DNA of 64,000 nucleotides from positions 224,130,001 to 224,194,000 of the forward strand of contig NC_091288.1 in NCBI RefSeq assembly GCF_032444005.1. The letters run 5' to 3'. Shown piece by piece: positions 24,426 through 37,169 of this stretch. This stretch comes from Ranitomeya imitator (Eukaryota). Under the pieces are notes generated by a model that saw only the letters and a list, made by a program, of their open reading frames with translations, did not search any database and was not told where the DNA came from. Within the stretch, counting starts at the first letter, position 1. Every line of letters begins with the position of its first letter. Both the position numbers and the translations under genes were made by a program.

Positions 24426-25423
24426 ATCCGACAGCTGGAGTCTCCAGTGAACCTGGACCGCTTTTCCTTTGGTGAGGACGAGCCAGCAGAGGAAACCAAG
24501 AAGAGGAAGACGACGAAGGAGACCGCACGGGAGGTGGTGGGTTACAAATATGTACTGATGGATGATGTTACACCTACCGCCTCCTGTGTAAACCCCACCA
24601 AACCTAAAGGCACGGGCTCTGCAGTGGGTCCGGGGCATAGGCAAGGTGGGGAGAGGAGGAGGACGTCCGGCGGTGCTGCCGTCTGTGCGGGGAACAGTGC
24701 AGGGGGCGAGGCTGTGGTGGTACTCACGGCGCCGGACATAGGGGACCCCGAGGAGTTTCCCTCCCTGCCCTCTGCGGCTAAGCCGGTTATCACCGGGGCT
24801 GAGGGGGGCGAGGGGGATGTCCACGCCGTTGCGAAAGGGGGACGGTGTGGGCAGACTCCATCCCTGCTCACTACGGCTGAGCCGGCCGACGCCGGGGCTG
24901 TGGGGGGCAGGTCCGAGAGACTTGGTGCGGCGAAAGGGGGGCGCACTGTTGTGACAGGGGCGCAGTGCGCCTCAACAGAGAAGAGGCACGCGGCTGCAAC
25001 AGGGGAGCAGCGAGTCCAAAAAGGACAAAAAAAAGCAGGAGAAATCATCTGCAGGGAACACTGGGCGCCCTGCTGCGACGGGGGGACAGAGTGCTCCAGC
25101 GCCCAAACGTGACACCAGGACCCTGAAGTCTGTGGGTGCGGGGCAGGCGGCGCCCCCCAACAAGCAGCGGGCCCAGGATAATAAAATACAAACTGCTGCA
25201 GTGGGGGGGCAAGGTGCTCCAGAGACACAACACAGCACCAATCAAGGGAAAACGGGTGTGGTGCTGCACCCCTCCCCCGGTCCAGCAGGTGTGAGTGCAG
25301 AGAAGCCAGACACAAGTGAGGAAGGAATGGGTGTGACTGTGGAAGGTGCAGAGAACACTGGGACAAATGGTGGTGAGAATACTGGTAATAAAGTGACGGG
25401 AAGTGGTGGCAATGGTAAGGGGA

Positions 25424-27965
25424 ATGATGGGAGTAGTAGTGGAGTGAATGATGGGAGTAGTGGTGGAGTGAATGATGGGAGTAGTGGTGGAGTGAATGAT
25501 GGGAGTAGTGGTGGAGTGAATGATGGGAGTAGTAGTGGAGTGAATGGTGGGAGTAGTGGTGGAGTGAATGATGGGAGTAGTGGTGGAGTGAATGATGGGA
25601 GTAGTGGTGGAGTGAATGATGGGAGTAGTGGTGGAGTGAATGGTGGAAGTAGTAGTGGAGTGAATGATGGGAGTAGTGGTGGAGTGAATGGTGGGAGTAG
25701 TGGTGGAGTGAATGGTGGGAGTAGTGGTGGAGTGAATGATGGGAGTAGTGGAGTGAATGGTGGGAGTAGTGGTGGAGTGAATGGTGGGAGTAGTGGTGGA
25801 GTGAATGATGGGAGTAGTGGAGTGAATGGTGGGAGTAGTGGTGGAGTGAATGGTGGGAGTAGTGGTGGAGTGAATGATGGGAGTAGTGGTGGAGTGAATG
25901 ATGGGAGTAGTGGTGGAGTGAATGATGGGAGTAGTGGTGGAGTAGTGGTGGGAGTAGTGGTGGAGTGAATGATGGGAGTAGTGGTGGAGTGAATGGTGGG
26001 AGTAGTGGTGGAGTGAATGATGGGAGTAGTGGTGGAGTGAATGATGGGAGTAGTGGTGGAGTGAATGATGGGAGTAGTGGTGGAGTGAATGGTGGAAGTA
26101 GTAGTGGAGTGAATGATGGGAGTAGTGGTGGAGTGAATGGTGGGAGTAGTGGTGGAGTGAATGATGGGAGTAGTGGTGGAGTGAATGATGGGAGTAGTGG
26201 TGGAGTGAATGGTGGGAGTAGTGGTGGAGTGAATGATGGGAGTAGTGGAGTGAATGGTGGGAGTAGTGGTGGAGTGAATGGTGGGAGTAGTGGTGGAGTG
26301 AATGATGGGAGTAGTGGAGTGAATGGTGGGAGTAGTGGTGGAGTGAATGATGGGAGTAGTGGTGGAGTGAATGGTGGGAGTAGTGGTGGAGTGAATGATG
26401 GGAGTAGTGGTGGAGTAGTGGTGGAGTGAATGGTGGGAGTAGTGGTGGAGTGAATGATGGGAGTAGTGGTGGAGTGAATGTTGGGAGTAGTGGTGGAGTG
26501 AATGATGGGAGTAGTGGAGTGAATGGTGGGAGTAGTGGTGGAGTGAATGGTGGGAGTAGTGGTGGAGTGAATGATGGGAGTAGTGGTGGAGTGAATGATG
26601 GGAGTAGTGGTGGAGTGAATGATGGGAGTAGTGGTGGAGTAGTGGTGGAGTGAATGGTGGGAGTAGTGGTGGAGTGAATGATGGGAGTAGTGGAGTGAAT
26701 GGTGGGAGTAGTGGTGGAGTGAATGGTGGGAGTAGTGGTGGAGTGAATGATGGGAGTAGTGGTGGAGTGAATGATGGGAGTAGTGGTGGAGTGAATGATG
26801 GGAGTAGTGGTGGAGTGAATGGTGGAAGTAGTAGTGGAGTGAATGATGGGAGTAGTGGTGGAGTGAATGGTGGGAGTAGTGGTGGAGTGAATGATGGGAG
26901 TAGTGGTGGAGTGAATGATGGGAGTAGTGGTGGAGTGAATGGTGGGAGTAGTGGTGGAGTGAATGATGGGAGTAGTGGAGTGAATGGTGGGAGTAGTGGT
27001 GGAGTGAATGGTGGGAGTAGTGGTGGAGTGAATGATGGGAGTAGTGGAGTGAATGGTGGGAGTAGTGGTGGAGTGAATGATGGGAGTAGTGGTGGAGTGA
27101 ATGGTGGGAGTAGTGGTGGAGTGAATGATGGGAGTAGTGGTGGAGTAGTGGTGGAGTGAATGGTGGGAGTAGTGGTGGAGTGAATGATGGGAGTAGTGGT
27201 GGAGTGAATGTTGGGAGTAGTGGTGGAGTGAATGATGGGAGTAGTGGTGGAGTGAATGGTAGTGGTGGAGTGAATGGTGGGAGTAGTGGTGGAGTGAATG
27301 ATGGGAGTAGTGGTGGAGTGAATGGTGGGAGTAGTGGTGGAGTGAATGGTGGGAGTAGTGGTGGAGTGAATGGTGGGAGTAGTGGTGGAGTGAATGATGG
27401 GAGTAGTGGTGGAGTGAATGGTGGGAGTAGTGGTGGAGTGAATGATGGGAGTAGTGGTGGAGTGAATGGTGGGAGTAGTGGTGGAGTGAATGATGGGAGT
27501 AGTGGTGGAGTGAATGATGGGAGTAGTGGTGGAGTGAATGGTGGGAGTAGTGGTGGAGTGAATGGTGGGAGTAGTGGTGGAGTGAATGGTGGGAGTAGTG
27601 GTGGAGTGAATGGTGGGAGTAGTGGTGGAGTGAATGGTGGGAGTAGTAGTAGAGTGAATGATGGGAGTAGTGGTGGAGTGAATGATGGGAGTAGTGGTGG
27701 AGTGATTGGTAGTGGTGGAGTGAATGGTGGGAGTAGTGGTGGAGTGAATGATGGGAGTAGTGGTGGAGTGAATGATGGGAGTAGTGGTGGAGAGAATGAT
27801 GGGAGTAGTAGTGGAGTGAATGATGGGAGTAGTGGTGGAGTGAATGATGGGAGTAGTGGTGGAGTGAATGGTGGGAGTAGTGGTGGAGTGAATTTTGGGA
27901 GTAGTGGTAGAGTGAATGATGGGAGTAGTGGTGTTGCAAATGATGGGAGTAGTGGTGGAGTGAAT
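25424..27965 (+). repeat. 24-bp coding repeat (GVNDGSSG / GVNGGSSG), about 2.5 kb, in ORF1
   Basis: GGAGTGAATGATGGGAGTAGTGGT units; short units cause frame changes near 25945, 26415, 26640 and 27145. Confidence 0.95.
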
Positions 27966-29742
27966 GAGGAGAGCAGTACTGGTGTTGGTGGAGGGGAAGC
28001 AGGTAGTGGTCCCGCTGCCCCCCCAGCGGTGGCGGGGGCTTCAGCCCCAAGCTATTCAGGAGCTGTCACTGCTGGGGGTAGTAGTGCGCCCTTGTCTGGT
28101 GACCCTGAGGATGGTGACTTGCAGCAGCGCTTCCTGGACGCCCTGAGGAGAGGGGAGAGTTCCATCAATGTAGAGGGGAGGGAGGTTGATCTGTCTTTCT
28201 GGATAGAGAGACACGGTCTTTCCGCCTTCCGAGATAGAGGGACAGAGACTGTCTGGTCTCTGCCGACACCGGGGCAGAGGAGTAACCGTAGGAACGTGGC
28301 CCGTCTCCAGTGGGTAACAAGGATGCCTGTCCTGATCGGTCAAAGGTTGCTGAGCTCCTGCTGGGGATGGGCTTCGCGGCATATGACATCTTTGCCTTGA
28401 TCCATCCCTATGGGACCTCCTACTTCGATGTCAGCTTCGTGAGACCGGAGGGCCTTGAGCTTTTCTGGTCTCGCCACGAGCTGGCTCGGGGTTGCCCCGA
28501 ATGGCGGGGTTTCCTCGCTGTAGCAATATCCCGCCAGGACTCAGTCAGGAAGGTGACCGTTTTGACCAGTAACGAGTCACTTTCCTGTGTCGGCATTTCT
28601 ACCTGGGTTGGACAATACGGCGACATCGTCGGTATTCCCGAAAAGACCCTCGGAGAGCATGGTATCTGGTCAGGAGCCTGGACCTTCATGGTTTAATTGA
28701 AGGTTTCAGGAAACACCGTTACCCATATCCCTTCCTCAACATTTTTGGGGAGGGACAGGATCTTGATTTTCTACCGGGGGCAGCCTAAGGTCTGTCACAG
28801 GTACGGCAGCCCCACATACTTCAGTGCGCAGTGTACCACCCACAAATGCGCACTGTGTGGGGACCTCGGCCATCTCGCTGCGACCTGTGGCAGGAATAGG
28901 TGTAACCTGTGTGGTGACCTCGGTCACCCATTCAGTCGCTGTCCGCGTTCCTTCGCCAATGCGGTCCTGAAAGCGGCGAGTGCGGGACAGGCGAAAGCCG
29001 GGACCAATCTTGCCGGTGAAGGGACCAGCAGAGGTGGAGGAGGCAGGGAACCGGTGAGGAGCAGGCTGCCGCCATCCAATATCAGGCGGCAGGAGCAGCG
29101 CCATGGGAACAGCGGGCAGGGAGTAATGACCCTAAACTCTGACCCGGGTGCTTCACTTGCAGCTGAGGATCCTAAAGACAGCGAATTGAGCGAGGAAGTC
29201 AAGAGACTTGAAAGGGAGGAGCAAAAGGACGCCATGTCTGCCCAGGAACCTTCATCCGGTGACAGTCTGGATGAGGGAGAGGGTGAGTGGTCACAGCAAA
29301 AGAAAAAGGGTAACAGGAAAACAACTAAGGATAAGAGGGGTCCGGGCCTCGAGCCTCCTCCTTGGAGTGCAACCCCTCTGACTCCGTAGCCCTGATCCAG
29401 GTGCCATTGGAAGGTCCAGCTGCCCCCCCTCTGGTGGATCTCTCTAACCGGTTCCGGGCCCTCCAGGACTCCCCTCCAGAGGGGGCGATGGGGACCCGGG
29501 GCCGGAGGTTGCGGACAAGGTTGTTGGGGCTCAGGAGGTCGCTGGGTCTTCTTCTCAGGGGGCAAATACAAAGCGTTCTGGGGGGGGACTACCTCAGGAC
29601 CACCAGACAAAGGCCAGAGTGTATGTAAGGAAAGAATTGATGAGTCTGTTTGTCTTAAACGCACTAAAAACTCATCAATGTCAGAGGAAGAGGGTGAAAC
29701 TGTTGGGGGTGGGAAGAAAAAGGCTGTCTAATTCAATCAATC

Positions 29743-32700
29743 ATGATGGCGGCACCCACCCCGTTGACGCTGGCAACCATTAATGTTGCCAGCATAAAGT
29801 CAGAAGCGGCAAGGTACATGGCCTTTCATTTTCTCGGCCAACTTGACGCCAACATTTTGCTTTTGCAGGAGACCAGGTTGACCGACCTATCAACCATGCA
29901 TAAGGCAAGGCGGGAGTGGAGGCATGGGCCCTCCTACTGGTTTCTTGCGGCCGAGCCGTATAGCGGGGTGGCGGTCCTTTTTAAGACCGCAGTGGTTGAA
30001 TGCAGACGATTGACCGAGTTAGAAATGGGGAGATGCTTGATCCTAGATGTCTCCATGGGGGGACAGGAGCTTCGGCTCATTAACATCTACGGTCCCCAGT
30101 CCAAGTGGGACCGCAAGTGTCTCTTCATGAAGATCAAACCTTTCTTATTTTCGAGCCGGCAGGTGGTCTGTGGAGGGGATTTCAACAACGTCACGAGACC
30201 CTGTGATAGAGGAGGTTCTGGAGACCAGCTGGCTTACGATTGCGTCGCGCTAAATAGGATAGTAAGTGAGGCATGCCTGGTGGATGTCCACATCCGGCAC
30301 AACACAGGCCACGCGGGGTTCACCTTTTTTAGAGGTAGTCAGTGCAGGTCTAGGATAGATAGGTTTTATTTGAAGGAGGAGGCCGTCTCCTCGCCGTTGT
30401 CGGTTGTGGAGGTGGAATTCTCCGATCACTGTTTGATTATGTTTTCTCTGAGCGTTACAGAGACTCCTCGGATGGGAAGAGGTTATTGGAAGCTGAATTC
30501 GTCACTCCTTGAGGAAGAAGCTGTAAGACGGTCCTTTGAGGAATTTCTTCAGAGCCAGGTACCGCTGCTAGGCCTAAGTAACACTAAGTCTGAGTGGTGG
30601 GAGGTGTTCAAACATCGGGTGGCGAGATTCTTCCGGCAACTCTCGAACCTCAGAAGCCTGAACAGGGATCGCCTGTATCAGAGCCTGAGGAGGAAACTCG
30701 AGCATCTTGTCTCGACTGGGGGTAGCCGCGAGGCGATCTCCAGTGTGAAATCCTTGCTAAAGAGGTGTCAGTACAATAGGCACGCATCTTTGGTTTTTGA
30801 GAGGGACTACGGGAAGTACTACTCACCCGACCCGAAGCTGCAAGATGTCAGTGAATAGTAAGAGAGTGACAGGGCTGATGGACAGTACGGGATCCCTGAG
30901 AAGGTGCAGATCAGGGATCTTGGAGGTCGTCAGTTCATACTACTCGCACCTCTTGGGAAGGAAGGAACTGCATCGTGACAGGATGTCGGCTTTCCTGGCT
31001 GAAGCTGTTCCAGAGCCAGGGGCTGACCTCTCGCTGGGCGGTTTGACAGAAGCGATCAAAGAAGAGGAAGTGAGACTGGCGATCGATGGGCTCCGGCCCA
31101 AAAAAATCGCCAGGTCCGGATGGCTTAACATCCGAGTTCTTTAATTAACCCCTTCATGACCAGGGGATTTTTGGTTTTCCGTGTTCGTTTTTCGCTCCCC
31201 TCCTTCCCAGAGCCATAACTTTTTTATTTTTCCGTCAATTTGGCCATGTGAGGGCTTATTTTTTGCGGGACAAGTTGTACTTTTGAACGACATCATTGGT
31301 TTTAGCATGTCGTGTACTAGAAAACGGGAAAAAAATTCCAAGTGCGGTGAAATTGCAAAAAAAGTTCAATCCCACATTGGTTTTTTGTTTGGCTTTTTTG
31401 CTAGGTTCACTAAATGCTAAAAATGACCTGCCATTATGATTCTCCAGGTCATTACGAGTTCATAGACACCAAACATGACTAGGTTATTTTTTATCTAAGT
31501 GGTGAAAAAAAATTCCAAACTTTGCTAAAAAAAAAAAAAAAAAAAAATTGCGCCATTTTCCGATACTCGTAGCGTCTCCATTTTTCGTGATCTGGGGTCG
31601 GTTGAGGGCTTATTATTTGCGTGCCGAGATGACGTTTTTAATGATAGCATTTCGGTGCAGATACGTTCTTTTGATCGCCCGTTATTGCATTTTAATGCAA
31701 TGTCGCGGCGACCAAAAAAACGTAATTCTGGCGTTTCGAGTTTTTTTCCCGCTACGCTGTTTAGCGATCAGGTTAATACTTTTTTTTATTTGATAGATCG
31801 GGCAATTCTGAGCGCGGCGATACAAAATATGCGTAGATTTGATATTTTTTTTATTGATTTATTTTGATTGGGGCGAAAGGGGGGTGATTTAAACTTTTTT
31901 ATGTTTTTTTTATTTTTTTCACATTTTTTTAAACTTTTTTTTTTAACTTTTGCCATGCTTCAATAGCCTCCATGGGAGGCTAGAAGCAGGGACAGCACGA
32001 TCGGCTCTGCTACATAGCAGCGATCTGCTGATCGCTGCTATGTAGCAGAATTGCACGTGTGCTGTGAGCTCCGACCACAGGGTGGCGCTCACAGCGACGG
32101 GCAATCAGTAACCATAGAGGTCTCAAGGACCTCTATGGCTACAATGGAGACGCATCGCCGACAACCCGGACATGTGACGGGGGTCGGCGATGACGTCATT
32201 TCCGGCCGCTCGGCCGGAAGCGGTAGTTAAATGCCGCTGTCTGCGTTTGACAGCGGCATTTAACTAGTTAATAGGTGCGGGCAGATCGCGATTCTGCCCG
32301 CGCCTATTACGGGCACATGTCAGCTGTTCAAAACAGCTGACATGTCCCGGCTTTGGTGCGGGCTCACCGCGGAGCCCTGCATCAAAGCAGGGGAGCCGGC
32401 ATCGGACGGTATAGTACGTCCGATGCCGGTAAGGGGTTAAGACCTTTAGGGACTCCTTGGTCCCCCTCTTGACTCAGGTGTTTAATGAGTGTCTCTCCTC
32501 GGGCACTCTGCCGAGATCATTAAGGAGGTCGGCTTTGATCATTTTGTCAAAGGGTAAGGATCCGTCACGCATTGAGAATTGGCGTCCCATATCACTTCTC
32601 AATGTGGACAGGAAGGTTTTGGCTAAGATACTCTTCAACAGGCTGGTGAAGTTTGCGCCACGGCTCGTTTCGGAGGCCCAGCACTGTTGCGTTCCTGGCC

Positions 32701-34437
32701 GTAGCACTTTCAGTGCTGTTCTGGGTGTCCGAGAGGCCGTGGAGCGGGGCAGGGCAGGCCTTTGGAAGGGGTTCTTGCTGACCCTGGATCACACAAAGGC
32801 CTTTGATCGGGTCGACCACGAGTACCTCTGGTCCACTCTTTTGAGGTATGGTCTGCCTGGAGGGTTTGTGGACTGGCTTAAGACCTTATACGCAGGGGCT
32901 GAGACTTTCCCTCTGGTAAACGGGTGGATTGGACAACCTTTCAGGGTGGGATCTGGTGTCCACCAGGGCTGCCCTCTTAGCCCTTTGCTTTACGCATTTG
33001 CGATCGATCCCTTCCTCAGAAGGGTTGATTGTGGACCGTTGGCGGGGGTGAGGATGGGCGGGTTGGCGCCAGAGGCTATCCGGAGGGTAGTGGCCTACGC
33101 GGACGACGTTACCGTCTTTGTTTCTTCGCAAGAGGAGGCGATGGTGGTGATGTCAGAAGTGGAGAGCTACTCGGAGGCATCCGGGTCCAAGGTCAACCAG
33201 AACAAGTGTGAGAGTCAATGGCTGGGAGGCGGGGATCCCACGTTTGATCTTCCGGACACCCTCCCCAAACCCCAAGAACATGCCAAAGTCCTAGGCATCG
33301 AATTTAGCCAGGGTGATTACCCCACGAAAAACTGGGAAGGCAGAATCAAAGGTGTCGCCCAAAGAGTGGACCAATGGAAGGGTTGGTCTTTGACCCTGAG
33401 GGAAAGGGTTGACCTGTGCAAAGCTTTCCTGCTCCCCTTGCTAATCTACTTGGGCAGCGTCTGTGTCTTGCCGGAGCCTCTCTGGACACGGGTCTACGGT
33501 CTGTTCTTCCAGATGTTATGGGGGAATAGACTAAACCTAGTCAAACGGGAGGTCACTTATCGCACGAGGAGACTAGGGGGGTTGAATATGGTGAACCCCG
33601 TGGTGTTTCTAGTGAACACCTTTTTGAAAGTTAACGTGGCAAACCTCTGGAAAGAGAGGGCTCCTCCGTGGGTATTCTCCTGCAAGGGATGGTTTCAGGC
33701 TTTCTTCCAGGAATGGGAGACAGGAGGAAGATGAAGGATCTTCGCACACCGCACGGGCATCTCCGGCTTATGTTACCCCGGTTCTGAAAATGATGCGCCG
33801 GTGGGGTCTGGGAATGTGGGAAGTGAGGTCCCTCCCGAGGAAACTCCTCGACATGCGGGTCTTGTTTTCGCATTTTCAGAGATCATTGGTCCTCAAGGAC
33901 TGCCTGAGTCGGGATCTAGAGGTTGGGTTGAGTTTGTTAAATTCTAGCAGGATCCCCAAGAAATATTGGGACTTGACTTGGCGCTGCTTCCAAGGTAAGT
34001 TGTATGTGAGGGACAATTTGAAGCACAGGAGCTCCGTGGACAGGAATTGTCCCCGTGAGGCTTGCGCTACCATGCTGGAAAGCATGGAGCACTTCCTGCT
34101 TCATTGTCCCTTTAATACAGAGGTGTACAACAGGGTGGGCGCTTCCATTGGTTGGCCGCGGCTGGCCACTCTGTGCTATGCCGAGTGGGCCTATGGAGCG
34201 TTCAGAGACCTCGGGAGAAGGGACCGAGCCACTTTATTCTTAGTCTGCGCAGTGGTCAGGTATTTCACGTGGAACGCACGAGTTTTAGTTTCTCCGCAGA
34301 GTAAAATCCTCCGAGTAGATGAAGTTTGTAGCAGCATCCTAGGTGCCCTGGTGAAGGTGCGTTCTCTGGAGTGCGGGGGTCTGGGTGCCCGGAGGGCGGC
34401 CCATCTCTGGAGGGGTTTCTCCTTCGGGGTGCCTTAG
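29743..34437 (+). pseudogene. Tx1-like ORF2 (AP endonuclease-reverse transcriptase), interrupted by a MITE and frameshifts
   Basis: Endonuclease motifs TINVASI, LQET, GGDFN, SRIDRF, SDHC; RT motifs WRPISLLNVD, KAFDRV, QGCPLSP, YADD; C-terminal CPREAC...EHFLLHC. Confidence 0.92.
31149..32436. mobile_element. piggyBac-like non-autonomous element (1288 bp) inserted in ORF2
   Basis: CCCCTT...AAGGGG termini with TTAA on both sides (31145-31148, 32437-32440); removal restores ...SEFFKTFRD.... Confidence 0.88.
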
Positions 34438-34974
34438 TCCGTTAGCGCTCCTATATCCTGGTGGTGGGCTGATGTCTTTACACCCTAGATTTTTGGTTTG
34501 TATTTCTGTTCCCTGAATAGAAGGTTTGCAGGCATCGAACTTGAGCCTCGGGTGGTGAGAATGTAGGTTGTGTTCTGTGATGTTGGTTTATGTATATATT
34601 GTACATATTGTATATAGTGTATAATAGAGGGTCTTAGGTTGGGTGTGGGGATTGGGGGGGGTCAACGGCGGTGATAAGAGACTGATCTGGCCTGGCCCAG
34701 GCCCCCGCCTGGGGAACAACTTTGGGGCCTGATCCTAGCTCGGATGATTCCTGAACTTTGTGGCCAGAGCTGGATCAGGGGTGGCGGGATAGTTAGAGTA
34801 GGTGTGTGTATGTATATTTTAAAAAAAAAATTAAAAAATAAATAAAAATAATACAAAAAATAAAAAAATAATAATAATAAAAAACAACAAATGTTATGTT
34901 ATACACAGTGGAATTTTTCTTTCTCGTCCCTGATTTGTAGGTCATGAACTTTCTCCATTATCTCCGGCCCCGGA

Positions 34975-36563
34975 GATAAATCTCCGGGGCCGGATGGCAT
35001 ACACCCACGAGTTCTAAGAGAACTAAGTAATGTAATAGATAAACCATTATTTCTTATTTTTAGTGACTCTATAGCGACAGGGTCTGTTCCGCAGGACTGG
35101 CGCATAGCAAATGTAGTGCCAATATTCAAAAAGGGCTCTAAAAGTGAACCTGGAAATTATAGGCCAGTAAGTCTAACCTCTATTGTTGGTAAAATATTTG
35201 AAGGGTTTCTGAGGGATGTTATTCTGGATTATCTCAATGAGAATAACTGTTTAACTCCATATCAGCATGGGTTTATGAGAAATCGCTCCTGTCAAACCAA
35301 TCTAATCAGTTTTTATGAAGAGGTAAGCTATAGGCTGGACCACGGTGAGTCATTGGACGTGGTATATCTCGATTTTTCTAAAGCGTTTGATACCGTGCCG
35401 CACAAGAGGTTGGTACACAAAATGAGAATGCTTGGTCTGGGGGAAAATGTGTGTAAATGGGTTAGTAACTGGCTTAGTGATAGAAAGCAGAGGGTGGTTA
35501 TAAATGGTATAGTCTCTAACTGGGTCGCTGTGACCAGTGGGGACCGCAGGGGTCAGTATTGGGACCTGTTCTCTTCAACATATTCATTAATGATCTGGTA
35601 AAAGGTTTACACAGTAAAATATCGATATTTGCAGATGATACAAAACTATGTAAAGCAGTTAATACAAGAGAAGATAGTATTCTGCTACAGATGGATCTGG
35701 ATAAGTTGGAAACTTGGGCTGAAAGGTGGCAGATGAGGTTTAACAATGATAAATGTAAGGTTATACACATGGGAAGAGGGAATCAATATCACCATTACAC
35801 ACTGAACGGGAAACCACTGGGTAAATCTGACAGGGAGAAGGACTTGGGGATCCTAGTTAATGATAAACTTACCTGGAGCAGCCAGTGCCAGGCAGCAGCT
35901 GCCAAGGCAAACAGGATCATGGGGTGCATTAAAAGAGGTCTGGATACACATGATGAGAGCATTATACTGCCTCTGTACAAATCCCTAGTTAGACCGCACA
36001 TGGAGTACTGTGTCCAGTTTTGGGCACCGGTGCTCAGGAAGGATATAATGGAACTAGAGAGAGTACAAAGGAGGGCAACAAAATTAATAAAGGGGATGGG
36101 AGAACTACAATACCCAGATAGATTAGCGAAATTAGGATTATTTAGTCTAGAAAAAAGACGACTGAGGGGCGATCTAATAACCATGTATAAGTATATAAGG
36201 GGACAATACAAATATCTCGCTGAGGATCTGTTTATACCAAGGAAGGTGACGGGCACAAGGGGGCATTCTTTGCGTCTGGAGGAGAGAAGGTTTTTCCACC
36301 AACATAGAAGAGGATTCTTTACTGTTAGGGCAGTGAGAATCTGGAATTGCTTGCCTGAGGAGGTGGTGATGGCGAACTCAGTCGAGGGGTTCAAGAGAGG
36401 CCTGGATGTCTTCCTGGAGCAGAACAATATTGTATCATACAATTATTAGGTTCTGTAGAAGGACGTAGATCTGGGGATTTATTATGATGGAATATAGGCT
36501 GAACTGGATGGACAAATGTCTTTTTTCGGCCTTACTAACTATGTTACTATGTTACTATGTTAC
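34975..36563 (+). mobile_element. 5'-truncated CR1 LINE (RT domain plus 3' UTR with (ATGTTACT)n tail)
   Basis: DKSPGPDGIHPRVLREL, YLDFSKAFDTV, FADDTKL, LEKRRLRGDL, TRGHS motifs; a 1-bp deletion near 35543 splits the ORF. Confidence 0.95.
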
Positions 36564-36815
36564 ATTTTAGTGCCATTTCCGGTTATTACTTTGTGGCTTT
36601 TGTCATTTGTTGTCGTCTGATTGGAGCTTTGTTCTTATGTTCTGTTGTGTTTTATTTGTAATGTATCACAGTTATTGTCATGTAAAGTATTTTATTTTAT
36701 TTAATACAAGACCTGGAGGGTAAGTTGTGGTGTAAACGTGATCAGGTGAAGTATAATGATCACAGACACTTGATCCCACCTGGGGCTCACACACCGGCCT
36801 CGCACGGGCCTCACA

Positions 36816-36977
36816 TCAAGGAAAATAGAAAACATTGGAGTCCGGCTGAACAGGACTGGATTTTCCTTTTCTTTTTATTTCTCAAGAGAAATTTTAGTGC
36901 AAACAAAAGAAACCTGTACATGGTCGCCATGACCCAGTCCTGTTCAGCCGGACTCCAATTGTTTCTATTTTCCTTGA
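36816..36977. repeat. 44-bp inverted repeat with 74-nt spacer
   Basis: TCAAGGAAAATAGAAAACATTGGAGTCCGGCTGAACAGGACTGG versus its near-perfect reverse complement at 36934-36977. Confidence 0.85.
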
Positions 36978-37169
36978 AGAATAATGATATTTCCTTACAA
37001 GTGATTGCTGTCCCTCCCCCGCCTGCGGGTAAAACTGAAAGGGCCTGAAACCTGTGAGTAATCAGGAGCCGCAGGACGGTGGGAAATGTCAGCTCCATTG
37101 TGCAGAGACTAATCCTGAATAGAGGCCTCATCTGCAGATGACGGGAGCGACATTAACCATTCCCAGCCG

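Larger units (their letters stand above)
23301..29731 (+). pseudogene. Tx1-like ORF1 (gag-like, ZCCHC3-related), disrupted by frameshifts and stops
   Basis: Segments include ...FDVSFVRPEGLELFW..., ...GIWSGAWTFMV*LK..., knuckles CALCGDLGHLAATC and CNLCGDLGHPFSRC (first knuckle degenerate: CHRYGSPTYFSAQC) and an LSNRFRAL motif; ends TAA at 29729-29731. Confidence 0.8.
23180..34890 (+). mobile_element. Near full-length Tx1/L1-clade non-LTR retrotransposon, decayed
   Basis: Order is ORF1 (zinc knuckles), ORF2 (APE endonuclease, RT, C-terminal Cys/His motif), 3' UTR and A-rich tail at about 34820-34890. The 5' boundary is approximate. Confidence 0.9.

Noticed and set aside
25045-28050. 1001-aa His-rich/Thr-rich minus-strand ORF
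   Set aside because: Antisense reading of the 24-bp ORF1 repeat.
35795-36442. 215-aa antisense ORF duplicated at 63038-63685
   Set aside because: Antisense frame of the CR1 RT, identical only because the two CR1 copies are nearly identical.
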